From NCBI GenBank assembly GCA_018053665.1, contig JAGPKZ010000004.1, forward strand, positions 1,463-65,462: DNA of 64,000 nucleotides. The letters are read 5' to 3'. The position numbers were made by a program, and so were the translations under genes. This document shows positions 8,781 through 19,156 of this stretch, in pieces; position 1 is the first letter of the stretch; each line of letters starts with the position of its first letter. Below the pieces are notes generated by a model that saw nothing but the letters and a program-made list of their open reading frames with translations, searched no databases and was not told the DNA's origin. The DNA is from Prevotella sp. (GTDB lineage: Bacteria; Bacteroidota; Bacteroidia; Bacteroidales; Bacteroidaceae).

Positions 8781-11594
8781 ATGGACGAATATATTGAGAT
8801 AAAAGGCGCACGCGTAAACAATTTAAAAAACGTGTCACTTAATATCCCTCGCAATAAATTTATCACCATAACCGGAGTTTCCGGTTCGGGAAAGTCTTCG
8901 CTGGCTTTCGACACGTTATATGCCGAAGGTCAGCGAAGATACGTAGAAAGCCTTTCATCATACGCCCGACAGTTTCTGGGACGTATGAGTAAACCTGAAT
9001 GCGACTTCATCAAAGGCATTCCTCCTGCAATTGCAATAGAACAAAAGGTTATTTCACGCAATCCACGTTCTACGGTAGGAACCACTACTGAGATATATGA
9101 ATATATGCGACTGCTATTTGCACGCATAGGACACACCTATTCTCCAGTAAGTGGTGACGAAGTGAAACGTCACACTCCTGAAGATGTAGTGAAATGTAGC
9201 CTGACCTTTGCAAAGGGAACAAAATTCATGATACTTGCGCCTTTGCATGTTGTTGAGGGACGCAGCGTGGAAAAACAACTTGAAATGTATATTAAGGAAG
9301 GCTATTCCAGAATGTACGTAAATGGTGATGTTGTAAGAATTGAGGACATTCTAGCTGGCGATAAACCAAAAGATATATCTGATTTGTATCTTGTAATAAC
9401 AAGAATGAGCCTTGATGACACAAAAGATGCCATATCAAGACTGACCGACTCTGCAGAAACAGCATTCTATGAAGGTGACGGAATACTCAAACTAGTATTC
9501 CTTCCAGGAAACATTACGTATGAATTCTCTACTAGATTTGAAGCAGACGGCATTAAGTTTGAAGAGCCTAACGATAATATGTTTTCATTCAATTCACCTT
9601 TAGGCGCATGTCCTACTTGTGAAGGATTTGGAAATGTAATCGGCATAGACGAAAAATTAGTTATAACAAATTCTGCACTTAGTGTTTATGATGGATGCGT
9701 ACAATGTTGGCATGGAGATAAAATGGGAGTTTGGAAGACTGAATTCTGTCGTCGTGCCGCAGAAGATAATTTCCCTATTTTTGAACCTTACTATAAACTG
9801 ACCCAAAAGCAAAAAGATATGTTATGGCATGGTCTACCATGCGAAAATAAACTGAACGCAAAAGAGAGGATTTGCATTGACAGTTTCTTCCAAATGGTGA
9901 AGGAAAACCAATACAAGATACAATACCGTGTTATGATGAGCAGATATAGAGGTAAAACTATATGTCCAAACTGTCACGGAACCAAACTTAAGAAAGAGGC
10001 TACATGGGTAAAGATTAACGGCATGAGCATCACTGAAATAGTGGAAATGCCTATTACAAATTTGAAAGAATGGTTTGATAAGCTGAAACTTGACGAACAT
10101 GATGCAGGAATAGCCAAACGACTTATAACTGAAATAAATAACAGACTTGGATTCTTGGTTGAAGTGGGATTAGGATATCTCACACTCAACAGACAGTCAA
10201 ACACCCTAAGCGGTGGAGAGAGCCAACGTATAAATCTGACAACATCACTAGGTTCATCACTTGTCGGTTCATTATATATCTTAGATGAACCAAGTATCGG
10301 ACTTCACAGCCGAGATACAGACAGACTCATAAAAGTATTAAAAGATCTCCAAAGTCTGGGCAACACAGTAATGGTTGTTGAGCACGATGAAGAGATCATG
10401 AGAGCATCAGACTACCTCATTGATGTAGGCCCTGAAGCTGGTTCTAACGGTGGAGAAATAGTATTTGAAGGTGATACAAAAGAACTGAATAAAAAGGATA
10501 AGTCGTTGGTTGAAAAATATCCTCGTTCATATACCGTTAAATATCTCACAGGAGAATATTCAATCGCTACATCTAAGTCAAGACGCAGTTGGAATAAATA
10601 TATAACACTCAATGGAGCACGAATGAATAACTTAAGAGGTATCGACGTAAAGATTCCACTGAACATATTCACATGTGTAACCGGAGTATCTGGTTCTGGT
10701 AAATCAAGTCTTATAAAGGGCATATTGTATCCTGCACTAAAACGTCATCTTGACGAGGTTGCCGATGCTCCTGGAGAGTATACATCTCTAGATGGTGATT
10801 GGAAAGATATTAAACATGTTGAATTTGTTGATCAAAACCCAATAGGCAAAAGCACACGTTCAAATCCTGCTACATACGTCAAAGCATACGATGCAATTAG
10901 ACAACTTTTTGCAGATCAGCCACTTGCAAAACAGCAAGGATACACTGCACAGTATTTTTCTTTCAATACAGAAGGTGGTAGATGCGAAGAATGTAAAGGA
11001 GCTGGAGTTATTAACGTAGAGATGCAGTTCATGGCTGACTTGGAACTAGAATGTGAAGCATGCCACGGAAAAAGATTCAAGCATGACATACTAGAAGTAA
11101 GGTTCCACGAAAAGAGCATCTATGACGTGCTTAACATGACGGTGCTTGAAGCAATTGAATTCTTCGGAGAATACAATCAAAAGGTTATTGTAAACAGATT
11201 GAAGCCTCTTGCTGAAGTTGGACTTGGATACATTAAACTAGGGCAAAATTCTAGCAGTCTTTCTGGTGGAGAAAATCAAAGAGTAAAACTGGCTTACTTC
11301 ATTGGACAAGAAAAACAGGAACAGACAATGTTTATATTTGATGAGCCAACAACAGGACTTCATTTCCATGATATCCAACGTCTACTAAGTGCATTCAACG
11401 CACTAATTGAAAGAGGGCATACTGTACTGGTGATTGAACATAATCTAGACGTAATAAAATGTGCAGACTACGTAATAGATTTGGGTCCTGACGGAGGAAA
11501 CAAAGGCGGAAATCTTGTTTGCGAAGGTACGCCTGAAGATATTGCTGCCTGCAAAGAAAGTATAACTGGAAAATTTCTAAAAGATAAACTTTAA
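8781..11594 (+). CDS. uvrA: Excinuclease ABC subunit A
   Basis: Two [10 protein letters not shown] Walker A motifs, LSGGE signatures, CxxC zinc modules. Confidence 0.97.
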   Translation: MDEYIEIKGARVNNLKNVSLNIPRNKFITITGVSGSGKSSLAFDTLYAEGQRRYVESLSSYARQFLGRMSKPECDFIKGIPPAIAIEQKVISRNPRSTVGTTTEIYEYMRLLFARIGHTYSPVSGDEVKRHTPEDVVKCSLTFAKGTKFMILAPLHVVEGRSVEKQLEMYIKEGYSRMYVNGDVVRIEDILAGDKPKDISDLYLVITRMSLDDTKDAISRLTDSAETAFYEGDGILKLVFLPGNITYEFSTRFEADGIKFEEPNDNMFSFNSPLGACPTCEGFGNVIGIDEKLVITNSALSVYDGCVQCWHGDKMGVWKTEFCRRAAEDNFPIFEPYYKLTQKQKDMLWHGLPCENKLNAKERICIDSFFQMVKENQYKIQYRVMMSRYRGKTICPNCHGTKLKKEATWVKINGMSITEIVEMPITNLKEWFDKLKLDEHDAGIAKRLITEINNRLGFLVEVGLGYLTLNRQSNTLSGGESQRINLTTSLGSSLVGSLYILDEPSIGLHSRDTDRLIKVLKDLQSLGNTVMVVEHDEEIMRASDYLIDVGPEAGSNGGEIVFEGDTKELNKKDKSLVEKYPRSYTVKYLTGEYSIATSKSRRSWNKYITLNGARMNNLRGIDVKIPLNIFTCVTGVSGSGKSSLIKGILYPALKRHLDEVADAPGEYTSLDGDWKDIKHVEFVDQNPIGKSTRSNPATYVKAYDAIRQLFADQPLAKQQGYTAQYFSFNTEGGRCEECKGAGVINVEMQFMADLELECEACHGKRFKHDILEVRFHEKSIYDVLNMTVLEAIEFFGEYNQKVIVNRLKPLAEVGLGYIKLGQNSSSLSGGENQRVKLAYFIGQEKQEQTMFIFDEPTTGLHFHDIQRLLSAFNALIERGHTVLVIEHNLDVIKCADYVIDLGPDGGNKGGNLVCEGTPEDIAACKESITGKFLKDKL

Positions 11595-11605
11595 AATTCC
11601 ATATT

Positions 11606-12487
11606 ATCAAAAGGGAACTAAGCATACTCATCCCATGCTATAACCAAATATGCGTAGAACTGGTTAAAGCACTTTGTACTCAATGTGAAAACATTGAAGG
11701 ATTACACTATGAGATTATCGTTGCCGATGACGGAAGCAGCGATGAACATTCACGCCTTTTAAACAAGGAAATGCTAGAACTTGACAACATAAAATACATT
11801 ATAAGAAAAGAAAATGTAGGACGAGCTGTTTTAAGAAATTTCCTTGCTAAAGAGGCTCAATACAAATGGTTGCTGTTTATTGACAGCGACATGAGCATAG
11901 ACAATGATGAATATATGCTCAACTATCTAGAGCAAGACGATAAGTTCGAAGTAATATATGGTGGTTATAGTTTAGCTTCAGGTAATAGTTCAAATCTAAG
12001 ATACATATATGAGAAGAACGCAGAGAAAGCACATATGGCTATAAAGCGCAACTGTCACTCATATTTAGACCTACATACTGCCAATCTATTAATTTCACGC
12101 AAAGTAATGCTGAATATCCCTTTCGACGAGAGAATACGAAATTATGGATATGAAGATGTGTTACTTGGAAAAAGACTGAAAGAAAACAATATAGACATTT
12201 TGCATATTGATAACCAGTTGGTATTGAACAATTACGAATCAAACAGTGATTATCTTGAGAAGACAAGAGAAGGATTGCAGACTTTAAAAATGTTTTCAAA
12301 TGAATTACAAGGATATTCACGTCTATTGACACTAAGCGACAGAATATCACGCTTTCATCAAAAATGGATTATCAAACTATATTGGAAATTACGCCAAAAA
12401 TATTTAGAAAGAAAACTAACCGGCGCAAATCCTAATTTGTCTACCTTCACTATATATAAACTGGGGTATTTTATTTCAATTTCCTAG
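11606..12487 (+). CDS. Family 2 glycosyltransferase (start codon uncertain or non-canonical)
   Basis: Frame is open from 11588 and encodes LSILIPCYN...EIIVADDGS upstream of the first ATG (11771); also LLFIDSD and YGYED motifs. Confidence 0.8.
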   Translation: MKRELSILIPCYNQICVELVKALCTQCENIEGLHYEIIVADDGSSDEHSRLLNKEMLELDNIKYIIRKENVGRAVLRNFLAKEAQYKWLLFIDSDMSIDNDEYMLNYLEQDDKFEVIYGGYSLASGNSSNLRYIYEKNAEKAHMAIKRNCHSYLDLHTANLLISRKVMLNIPFDERIRNYGYEDVLLGKRLKENNIDILHIDNQLVLNNYESNSDYLEKTREGLQTLKMFSNELQGYSRLLTLSDRISRFHQKWIIKLYWKLRQKYLERKLTGANPNLSTFTIYKLGYFISIS

Positions 12488-12941
12488 GAATAGAATTTAA
12501 ATTCACGAGCCATTTATCCTTCTTATAAACCATATTTAATACAAATGTGGCTTTTTCCACAATATGCGACTTTGTTCCAATAGTGTCCTTTTCGAGATAG
12601 TTTGTTACATCAACTCTAACAGTTGCCAATGAATCATCATTCAGATGTGTAACATCTCCTATTTCACATTTCGCACCTTCATCCATTGATTTCAGTATAT
12701 CAACATCAAATTGATGAACCTGACTAGCTTCAAACCTCAACCATTTCTCTGATCCAGGAGTAACATAACGAAGAGCTTTTTGATATTGCCAATTAAAGTA
12801 ATGACAAGAAAAAGAATCTGCATTCTCGGTGAGACCATCTTCACTTCCTAAATGATTGCAAGATACAAAATTTAACATTGCAATAATGAACATTATTACA
12901 GAAAATATATTCTTTATTGCCTTTGAGAGCCTAAAAATCAT
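12471..12941 (-). CDS. Hypothetical lipoprotein
   Basis: Hydrophobic N-terminus with FVSC lipobox; preceded by a TACCTTTG box; start position uncertain. Confidence 0.7.
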   Translation of the reverse strand: MIFRLSKAIKNIFSVIMFIIAMLNFVSCNHLGSEDGLTENADSFSCHYFNWQYQKALRYVTPGSEKWLRFEASQVHQFDVDILKSMDEGAKCEIGDVTHLNDDSLATVRVDVTNYLEKDTIGTKSHIVEKATFVLNMVYKKDKWLVNLNSIPRKLK

Positions 12942-13029
12942 ACTAAATTCATTAATTTAGGACAAAGGTAGCCAAATTCTTTGGTATTTTCATCTTTTCT
13001 TAATAATTTTGTAGAAAAGAATTATCAAA

Positions 13030-13833
13030 ATGCTGAAGTTTATCTCGTTCGGCAGTGGAAGTAGTGGCAATTGCTACTATTTATATACAGAAACTGACGG
13101 ATTACTTATTGATGCTGGAATAGGGGTGAGAACCCTGAAAAAGCATTTTAAGAATTATGGATTACAAATAACAAATGTACATCATTTGCTTATAACTCAT
13201 GACCATGCTGACCATATCAAATCAGTTGGCAGTATAAGTAATGATTATAGCGTCAGCGTGTATACCACTCACGCCGTACATAATGGAATTGAGAATAATT
13301 ACTGCGTTAGAAAAAAAATAAACAATGGCTGTGTAAAAGTCATTGAAAAAGATCAGACTTTCCAACTTGGAGATTTCAAAGTAACACCTTTTGAAGTTCC
13401 TCATGATAGCACTGATAACGTAGGATATAAGATTGAAAACAACGGAATAACATTCGTTTTGATGACTGATATCGGACATATAACTGATGATATGCATAAA
13501 TATATCAGTGAAGCAAATTATCTTGTTATAGAAGCAAACCATGATGAGGAAATGCTGATTAACGGACCATACCCAGAACATCTTAAGATAAGAATTTCTG
13601 GACCAAACGGTCACTTGAGCAATTCTGAATGCGGTAATGCATTAGCAGAATATGCAACTCCAGAACTGAAACATGTTTGGCTATGCCATTTAAGCGAAGA
13701 AAACAATCATCCTGTATTAGCACAAAAGACGATTGAAACCACTCTTAGAGCTCATGGAATTGTAGCTGGAGTAGACTTTAAATTGGAAGTACTTAAACGC
13801 AAGATTCCAAGTGAGATTTATAATCTCATTTAG
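13030..13833 (+). CDS. MBL-fold metallo-hydrolase (YycJ/WalJ-like)
   Basis: SGSSGNC, THDHADH, EANHD, GHLSN and HLSEENN motifs. Confidence 0.92.
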   Translation: MLKFISFGSGSSGNCYYLYTETDGLLIDAGIGVRTLKKHFKNYGLQITNVHHLLITHDHADHIKSVGSISNDYSVSVYTTHAVHNGIENNYCVRKKINNGCVKVIEKDQTFQLGDFKVTPFEVPHDSTDNVGYKIENNGITFVLMTDIGHITDDMHKYISEANYLVIEANHDEEMLINGPYPEHLKIRISGPNGHLSNSECGNALAEYATPELKHVWLCHLSEENNHPVLAQKTIETTLRAHGIVAGVDFKLEVLKRKIPSEIYNLI

Positions 13834-16043
13834 AATGGCAATCCCACTGCAAAATGGAAATCAAAATCCCTGCTTAAATTCGGATGGAATATAGCATAAT
13901 GTTCTTTTTCGGTTTCATAAGCAGGGTTTATAGCTTTCATAGCCATGTCAAACCTTAGTATAAAATAGCTGAAATTTAATCGCAACCCCACTCCATAAGA
14001 CATGGCTATTTGCTTATAGAACTCGTTTATCTTGAATTGTCCTCCAGGTTGTTCCTCGTAATTACGAAGAGTCCATATATTGCCTGCATCAATGAAAGCT
14101 GCTCCGTCAAACTTCCAAAATAAAGAAGTTCTGTATTCTAAGTTCATGTCAAGCTTCATATCACCAGTCTGATTTATGAAGTCAATTCTTCCGTCAGTCC
14201 CTTTAAACGTTCCAGGTCCCAACTCTCTAATGCTCCATCCTCTCACACTATTTGCGCCACCTGAGAAATATCGCTTTTCAAATGGCAATATAGTACTGTT
14301 TCCATAAGGCCATGCAATACCAAATCCAAGGTGCATTGCCAAAGAGTTGTTGTTGTCAAATCTCAACAAGTGAGTAACGTCGAAGTCGAATTTAGTATAT
14401 TGTGCATAAGCTATATTAAACAATGTGTACTGTCCATTGCTGTTTTTCTTAAAGTCAAAGGCCCTTGACAGTCCGTTAAGGATGTTTCCAGCTGTCTCAA
14501 CATTTGCCCTTATCACATTTATACCATCATTGTAAGTGATTCCAGCACCCATCTTCATTATAAACAAATCTTCATAGTTGTATCTCAGTATGGCATTTCT
14601 ATTGCTCACACTATCAAGATAATCATGTTTGAAGGTAGAACTTATCCATGGCATATACACATAGTTAAGGTCCAGAAGATCTACACGATATGAAAGATGG
14701 TGACGAGGTTCGTTCCATTTGTATCGCCAAGCAGCGGAGAATATTCGTCTGTGGAATTCTGGACGGTTTTGCAGATTGTAATTCAACGACAATTCTGATG
14801 TTGCATTGCTGCGCTTCTTAAATGCATTTGACAGAAATGGAGCTAGAAATCTAGGGAACTGGAGTTTGCTCTCTATATTATATTCCTCATAATTCTGATT
14901 TTGATAGCCATCCAAACCTTTTATAGCTTCAAAAGCACCTCGCAACTGAATACTGAATAATTCAGAACCTCTAAAAAGATTTCGATTCTCCCACGTCAAA
15001 CTTGCAGCAGCACCTAAATCACCAGCGGTATTAGTGCCTTCTGGTTGAAACGACAACGTATTTGGCTTATTCGTACTCAACTGTATATCACAGTCCAAGA
15101 GTGTTGTATCAGGATGTTCACGAAAACTTATATTCGTAAATCTTACAGCCTGCAACCTTGCAAACTTATTATATGTATGTTGCAAGGCGCTATTGTTATA
15201 AGGTTTTCCTTCTTCCAATGCCGTTGTATAACGAAGTACACTGTTTCTAAGATGAATTCTTACCGTATCACCGCTAAGATAATTAATTTTATTTATCGTA
15301 TAACATGGATGAAGCGTGTCAGCAGAAGAACTACTAACACGATATGGTAAGAGATGTAATACTAAGTTTATGTCCTTACTGCTTCTTGCAGAATCGGCAC
15401 TGAATATTATAAAATCCTTATGAAATTTATAATATCCGTTATCAAGAAGAAAACTTGTAATATTCTTGCGTTCGGCATTCAACTCATCTACTGTAAACCT
15501 ACTTCCGCTGATAAGTCTTTGCTTAAAGGGACTTGGCATATTTTTATTGGCAAGCAATTTCGCTATTACGCTATCCTTGATATCATATTTTATCGAACTG
15601 ATATAATATGGCTCTCCGGGATGCAACATATAAATAGCTTTTATTTTATGTCCCCTTACCTTTGTCTTAATCTGTGCTGTGGCGTGCATATATCCCATGT
15701 TGCGCATAGCTGTAGTCAAATCATCAAGTGAACGATCTGCCATGAGTGTATCATATATTACTGGTTTTTCACCAATATTCTTTAATGTCCTATTTATCCA
15801 TTTTGCCGAATCTTTTCCTGCTAAAGAGTAAGTTCCAAGAGGTATTTTGAATATAGAAAACCATTTAGAATTTGCTTTCTGGCGAATATACGCCTGAAGC
15901 ATTGTTGGATCAAGTTCCCTATTGTCGGATTCCACTTTTACACTTTCAAGCAGATACTTTTGCTCAGGTATAAACTTAGAAGCATTACACGACATTAAAA
16001 GAACTATTGCCGATATATATATGTATAACTTAATTTTATTCAT
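13830..16043 (-). CDS. BamA/TamA (Omp85) family outer membrane lipoprotein, TamL-like
   Basis: Lipobox LMSC, POTRA-like N-half, YFSGGANSVRGW motif, C-terminal FAVGLPF. Confidence 0.9.
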   Translation of the reverse strand: MNKIKLYIYISAIVLLMSCNASKFIPEQKYLLESVKVESDNRELDPTMLQAYIRQKANSKWFSIFKIPLGTYSLAGKDSAKWINRTLKNIGEKPVIYDTLMADRSLDDLTTAMRNMGYMHATAQIKTKVRGHKIKAIYMLHPGEPYYISSIKYDIKDSVIAKLLANKNMPSPFKQRLISGSRFTVDELNAERKNITSFLLDNGYYKFHKDFIIFSADSARSSKDINLVLHLLPYRVSSSSADTLHPCYTINKINYLSGDTVRIHLRNSVLRYTTALEEGKPYNNSALQHTYNKFARLQAVRFTNISFREHPDTTLLDCDIQLSTNKPNTLSFQPEGTNTAGDLGAAASLTWENRNLFRGSELFSIQLRGAFEAIKGLDGYQNQNYEEYNIESKLQFPRFLAPFLSNAFKKRSNATSELSLNYNLQNRPEFHRRIFSAAWRYKWNEPRHHLSYRVDLLDLNYVYMPWISSTFKHDYLDSVSNRNAILRYNYEDLFIMKMGAGITYNDGINVIRANVETAGNILNGLSRAFDFKKNSNGQYTLFNIAYAQYTKFDFDVTHLLRFDNNNSLAMHLGFGIAWPYGNSTILPFEKRYFSGGANSVRGWSIRELGPGTFKGTDGRIDFINQTGDMKLDMNLEYRTSLFWKFDGAAFIDAGNIWTLRNYEEQPGGQFKINEFYKQIAMSYGVGLRLNFSYFILRFDMAMKAINPAYETEKEHYAIFHPNLSRDFDFHFAVGLPF

Positions 16044-16057
16044 TTATCATTATTTAC

Positions 16058-16166
16058 ATGCAAACAAAGGCAAATAAATCAAATGTTTTGCCATGTGCAA
16101 CCTTATCTTATGCAAAGATAGTGCAAGCAAAACACATTACAAAATAAAAAATGATTTTTATAGCTA
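16058..16166. repeat. Degenerate copy of a dispersed repeat (ATCTTRTGCAAAGATARTGYAAG...ACAAAATAAAA), also at 43568-43712
   Basis: 16105 ATCTTATGCAAAGATAGTGCAAG vs 43630 ATCTTGTGCAAAGATAATGTAAG; contains a minus-strand TATCTTTG -7 box. Confidence 0.5.
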
Positions 16167-16307
16167 ATTCTTAAGAATTTAACGTCTAAACTCTCTCATA
16201 AAAACCGTACTTCTTATTAATTTTCTACATATAGTCAACAAAAAGCCAAGCGTCTTATTAGGGTTTTAAATCAAGATGTAAAGACAGCAACTAGAAAAAG
16301 TTTTTTT

Positions 16308-16398
16308 AATGTCACTAATGTCACAATGTCACAAACCCTTTGTTTATAAGGGCTGAGCCAGTGACATTAAGTGACATTATCGGTGTAAAAGTGACATT
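16308..16398. repeat. Repeat module A: 3x AATGTCAC, core, 3x GTGACATT
   Basis: AATGTCAC at 16308, 16317, 16325; core AAACCCTTTGTTTATAAGGGCT; GTGACATT at 16361, 16371, 16391. Confidence 0.9.
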
Positions 16399-16545
16399 AT
16401 ACCCTAAAGTACACCTGTTTTTTGCGTTTTTTTCGCAATTATGCTATTTACATAATACGTATTTATGATGGGTTCTTCGTCAATTCAGGGGGTGATATTC
16501 TCAACAAACGTATTCCGACTAGAGAAAATTTGCGAAATAAGACAC

Positions 16546-16610
16546 AGTGATTAGGCCCTAATCACTATGCAGTTTACGAAGAAGTAGGAAGTGATTAGGG
16601 CCTAATCACT
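16546..16610. repeat. Doublet of 21-bp palindrome AGTGATTAGG(C/G)CCTAATCACT, 44-bp period
   Basis: Copies at 16546-16566 and 16590-16610. Confidence 0.95.
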
Positions 16611-16773
16611 ATGCGTTTCAATTTGCTTAATAATATTTTAAGTCATACGATCAAAAGTTTCCATTTCTATATGGGGGAAATTGTGCTTAAAGACAACCTT
16701 ACATTGTGATGATACAAAATCAGCTCAAATTACGCTCTATTTTACGTTTTATCGTTATAACGGCTATTAATTA

Positions 16774-16890
16774 CGTAGCTAGAACGTAGCTTACCGTAGC
16801 TAATATTTTTGTTTTTATTTTCAACAATGCCTGTAAACAAGGGACTTTCAAGCATGAACGTAGCTGCGTAGCTATTTATTAAAAAACGCT
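16774..16890 (+). repeat. Repeat module C: 3x CGTAGCT, core, 2x CGTAGCT, A-tract
   Basis: CGTAGCT at 16774, 16785, 16795, 16859, 16867; core AATGCCTGTAAACAAGGGACTTT. Confidence 0.85.
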
Positions 16891-17100
16891 TAGAGAGGAA
16901 TTCTGTAGTTAATCACATGTTGTATTATGACAATTGAAAGGAAATCAACAAGATGCGTTACTTCTTAAGGATATACTTACTGTAGTCCCTATTACCCCAA
17001 TACGTTTGCTTTATATTTTCGAACGAGGATGTTTACATTAAGGAAAGCCTGCTAGCATAATTTACGAAAAAGCGCAAAATATTGGTGTGATTTCAATTAT

Positions 17101-17203
17101 ATCGTCACCTTTATCCCAAGATCGTCACCGAATCATCACTCCGAAATGCCGATAAACAGGGGAAAAGTGATGAAGTTCGATTATTTCATCAAAAAAACTT
17201 TTT
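17101..17203 (+). repeat. Repeat module D: 3x ATC(G/A)TCAC, core, inverted copy, AAAAAAACTTTTT
   Basis: Repeats at 17101, 17121, 17132; core AAATGCCGATAAACAGGGGAAAA; GTGATGA at 17167. Confidence 0.85.
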
Positions 17204-17459
17204 GCTGTTAGCGTTGTTTTGGCGTTACCAAATATTATCCAATACTTTGACTTTGATCTTCAAGACATCATTCCATCAATCTAATTTCTTGAAAAAATCT
17301 ATTTTTATTCAAACTATACATCAAGAAATCATTACATTATTTATACTATTTATAGTCAGAATTTTAATGCAGAGAAATACTAAATATTACTCTGAGAATA
17401 AAAACATAACTAACAACAAAATAAAATACGAAGTTTTTTAATTTCTCAATATTAATTAT

Positions 17460-17467
17460 TACTTTTG
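17460..17467 (+). promoter_or_regulatory. -7 promoter box (TACTTTTG) for the TrmH methyltransferase
   Basis: TAnnTTTG 5 nt before the ATG at 17473. Confidence 0.6.
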
Positions 17468-17472
17468 CAAGT

Positions 17473-18231
17473 ATGATTAGCAAAGCTAAAATAAAATATA
17501 TCAAATCTCTTCAGCACAAGAAGATAAGAAACAGCGAAGGTGTATTTGTAGCTGAGGGTCACAAAGTTGTAGGTGACCTACTGACAAAATACCAAGCTAA
17601 AATTATTGTGGCTACAAGTGAATGGATTAAGACAAACAATAATATTAATTCTGACGAAATAATAGAAGTTACAGAAGACGAACTTTCACGAGTTAGTTTC
17701 TTGCAGCATCCTCAAATGGTACTTGCTATATTTCAATTCTTTGAATACGACACACCAATAATAAATGACAATGACGAGACCTTGTATCTTGCTCTTGATG
17801 GAGTGCAGGATCCTGGAAACCTAGGAACAATTATTCGCATTGCCGACTGGTTTGGCATTACAGATATTTATTGCAGCAATGACACTGCCGACATATATAA
17901 TCCAAAAGTTGTACAGGCAACAATGGGAAGTATTGCACGGGTGAAACTTCATTATACAGACCTAAGCAAGTTCATTGGCTCTCTCCCACCCAACTATCCT
18001 ATTTACGGTACGTTGCTAGAAGGAACCGATATTTATAAGGAGGAACTTTCAAAAAATGGTATAATCGTTATGGGAAATGAAGGAAACGGTATATCACCAG
18101 AAATCAGAAAGATGATTAATCGCAAACTTCTCATCCCTAATTATCCAATAGGCAGAGAAACGGCAGAATCACTTAACGTAGCAATTGCTACAGCCGTGAC
18201 ATGCGCTGAATTCAGACGTAGAATGATGTAA
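17473..18231 (+). CDS. TrmH/SpoU family RNA methyltransferase
   Basis: LDGVQDPGNLGTIIR, MGNEGNGIS and ESLNVAIA SPOUT motifs. Confidence 0.95.
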   Translation: MISKAKIKYIKSLQHKKIRNSEGVFVAEGHKVVGDLLTKYQAKIIVATSEWIKTNNNINSDEIIEVTEDELSRVSFLQHPQMVLAIFQFFEYDTPIINDNDETLYLALDGVQDPGNLGTIIRIADWFGITDIYCSNDTADIYNPKVVQATMGSIARVKLHYTDLSKFIGSLPPNYPIYGTLLEGTDIYKEELSKNGIIVMGNEGNGISPEIRKMINRKLLIPNYPIGRETAESLNVAIATAVTCAEFRRRMM

Positions 18232-18242
18232 ATTTAATAAAT

Positions 18243-19145
18243 ATGGAAAATAACTTATTTAAAAGTCGCAGCATCTACGGATGCGTAAAGGCTGCATTCA
18301 ATTTGATGAATCTAAATATCCTAAAGATATTTAAAAAAACATGGATGCCAGCTATTGCACTTGCTGTAATCTTCACACTATATATCTTAGGTTGCAAGAA
18401 CGTGATGTTTGCCAATCTATGCGGACAGAAACTCAGTTATTGGATATTACTAGCTTTCGTACTTATTGTAATATGTGAAACTCTGGCGGAATCATGGCTG
18501 ATGAGCAGAACATACACGTTGCTGAATACAAATTCTTTTAAAAACAATTTAAGAAGGTCACTGAGTGTTACACTTTTAAAACTATTTGTAGCAATTGTAA
18601 TATTTACCATAGCTTTCTTTTGTGGCGGAACTGCTATTGCCATTTTGGTATCAAAACATCTCTGCAGTCCAGATAAAGCTGTGTCTATATCTATGATTAT
18701 TGAATTCGCAATTATAACAATAGGATTCATATTTACATTGCCATTTATATTTTCAACAACAAAATATATTATGGAAAAGAATACTGAAGTCATAAATATA
18801 TTTAGTAAAGACTATCATACAGGTATAAAGCATTTGGGATTCATTCTAATCGGACAGATTATAACAACACTATGCTATATACTAATCATGCTTGTGATAG
18901 CGTTACCTCTTATGATAATTTTTCACGCATATCTTACCAACCAAATGGGTATTATGAATGGCGATTCTGACGGAACTCCATCATATTTTATATTTCTTAT
19001 GGTATCTGTATCACTACTGACAACATTCTTGTACACTTACATATTTGTTTACTTCTACATTTTCAGTTATTATATCTATGGTGCAATAACACAACAGGAA
19101 AAGGAAAAAGCGGATATAAAAATGAAAATAGACAAATACGAATAA
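18243..19145 (+). CDS. Hypothetical integral membrane protein
   Basis: About 6 hydrophobic segments; co-oriented between the TrmH gene and hisB. Confidence 0.75.
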   Translation: MENNLFKSRSIYGCVKAAFNLMNLNILKIFKKTWMPAIALAVIFTLYILGCKNVMFANLCGQKLSYWILLAFVLIVICETLAESWLMSRTYTLLNTNSFKNNLRRSLSVTLLKLFVAIVIFTIAFFCGGTAIAILVSKHLCSPDKAVSISMIIEFAIITIGFIFTLPFIFSTTKYIMEKNTEVINIFSKDYHTGIKHLGFILIGQIITTLCYILIMLVIALPLMIIFHAYLTNQMGIMNGDSDGTPSYFIFLMVSVSLLTTFLYTYIFVYFYIFSYYIYGAITQQEKEKADIKMKIDKYE

Positions 19146-19156
19146 CTTAAATAGAG

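Larger units (their letters stand above)
16295..17203. mobile_element. ORF-less element with ~150-bp diverged inverted arms (putative non-autonomous, MITE-like)
   Basis: Perfect 13-bp terminal IR AAAAAGTTTTTTT/AAAAAAACTTTTT; 16391-16446 matches revcomp 17053-17108 at 40/56 ungapped (hand count); mirrored repeat modules; mobility is inferred. Confidence 0.55.

Noticed and set aside
16546-16610. Palindrome doublets as a CRISPR mini-array
   Set aside because: Only two repeats per locus, 21-23 bp perfect palindromes with 21-23 nt spacers, and no cas genes in the window.
17202-17441. 79-aa ORF before the TrmH gene
   Set aside because: TTG start, AT-rich low-complexity sequence overlapping the repeat end, and no recognisable motif.
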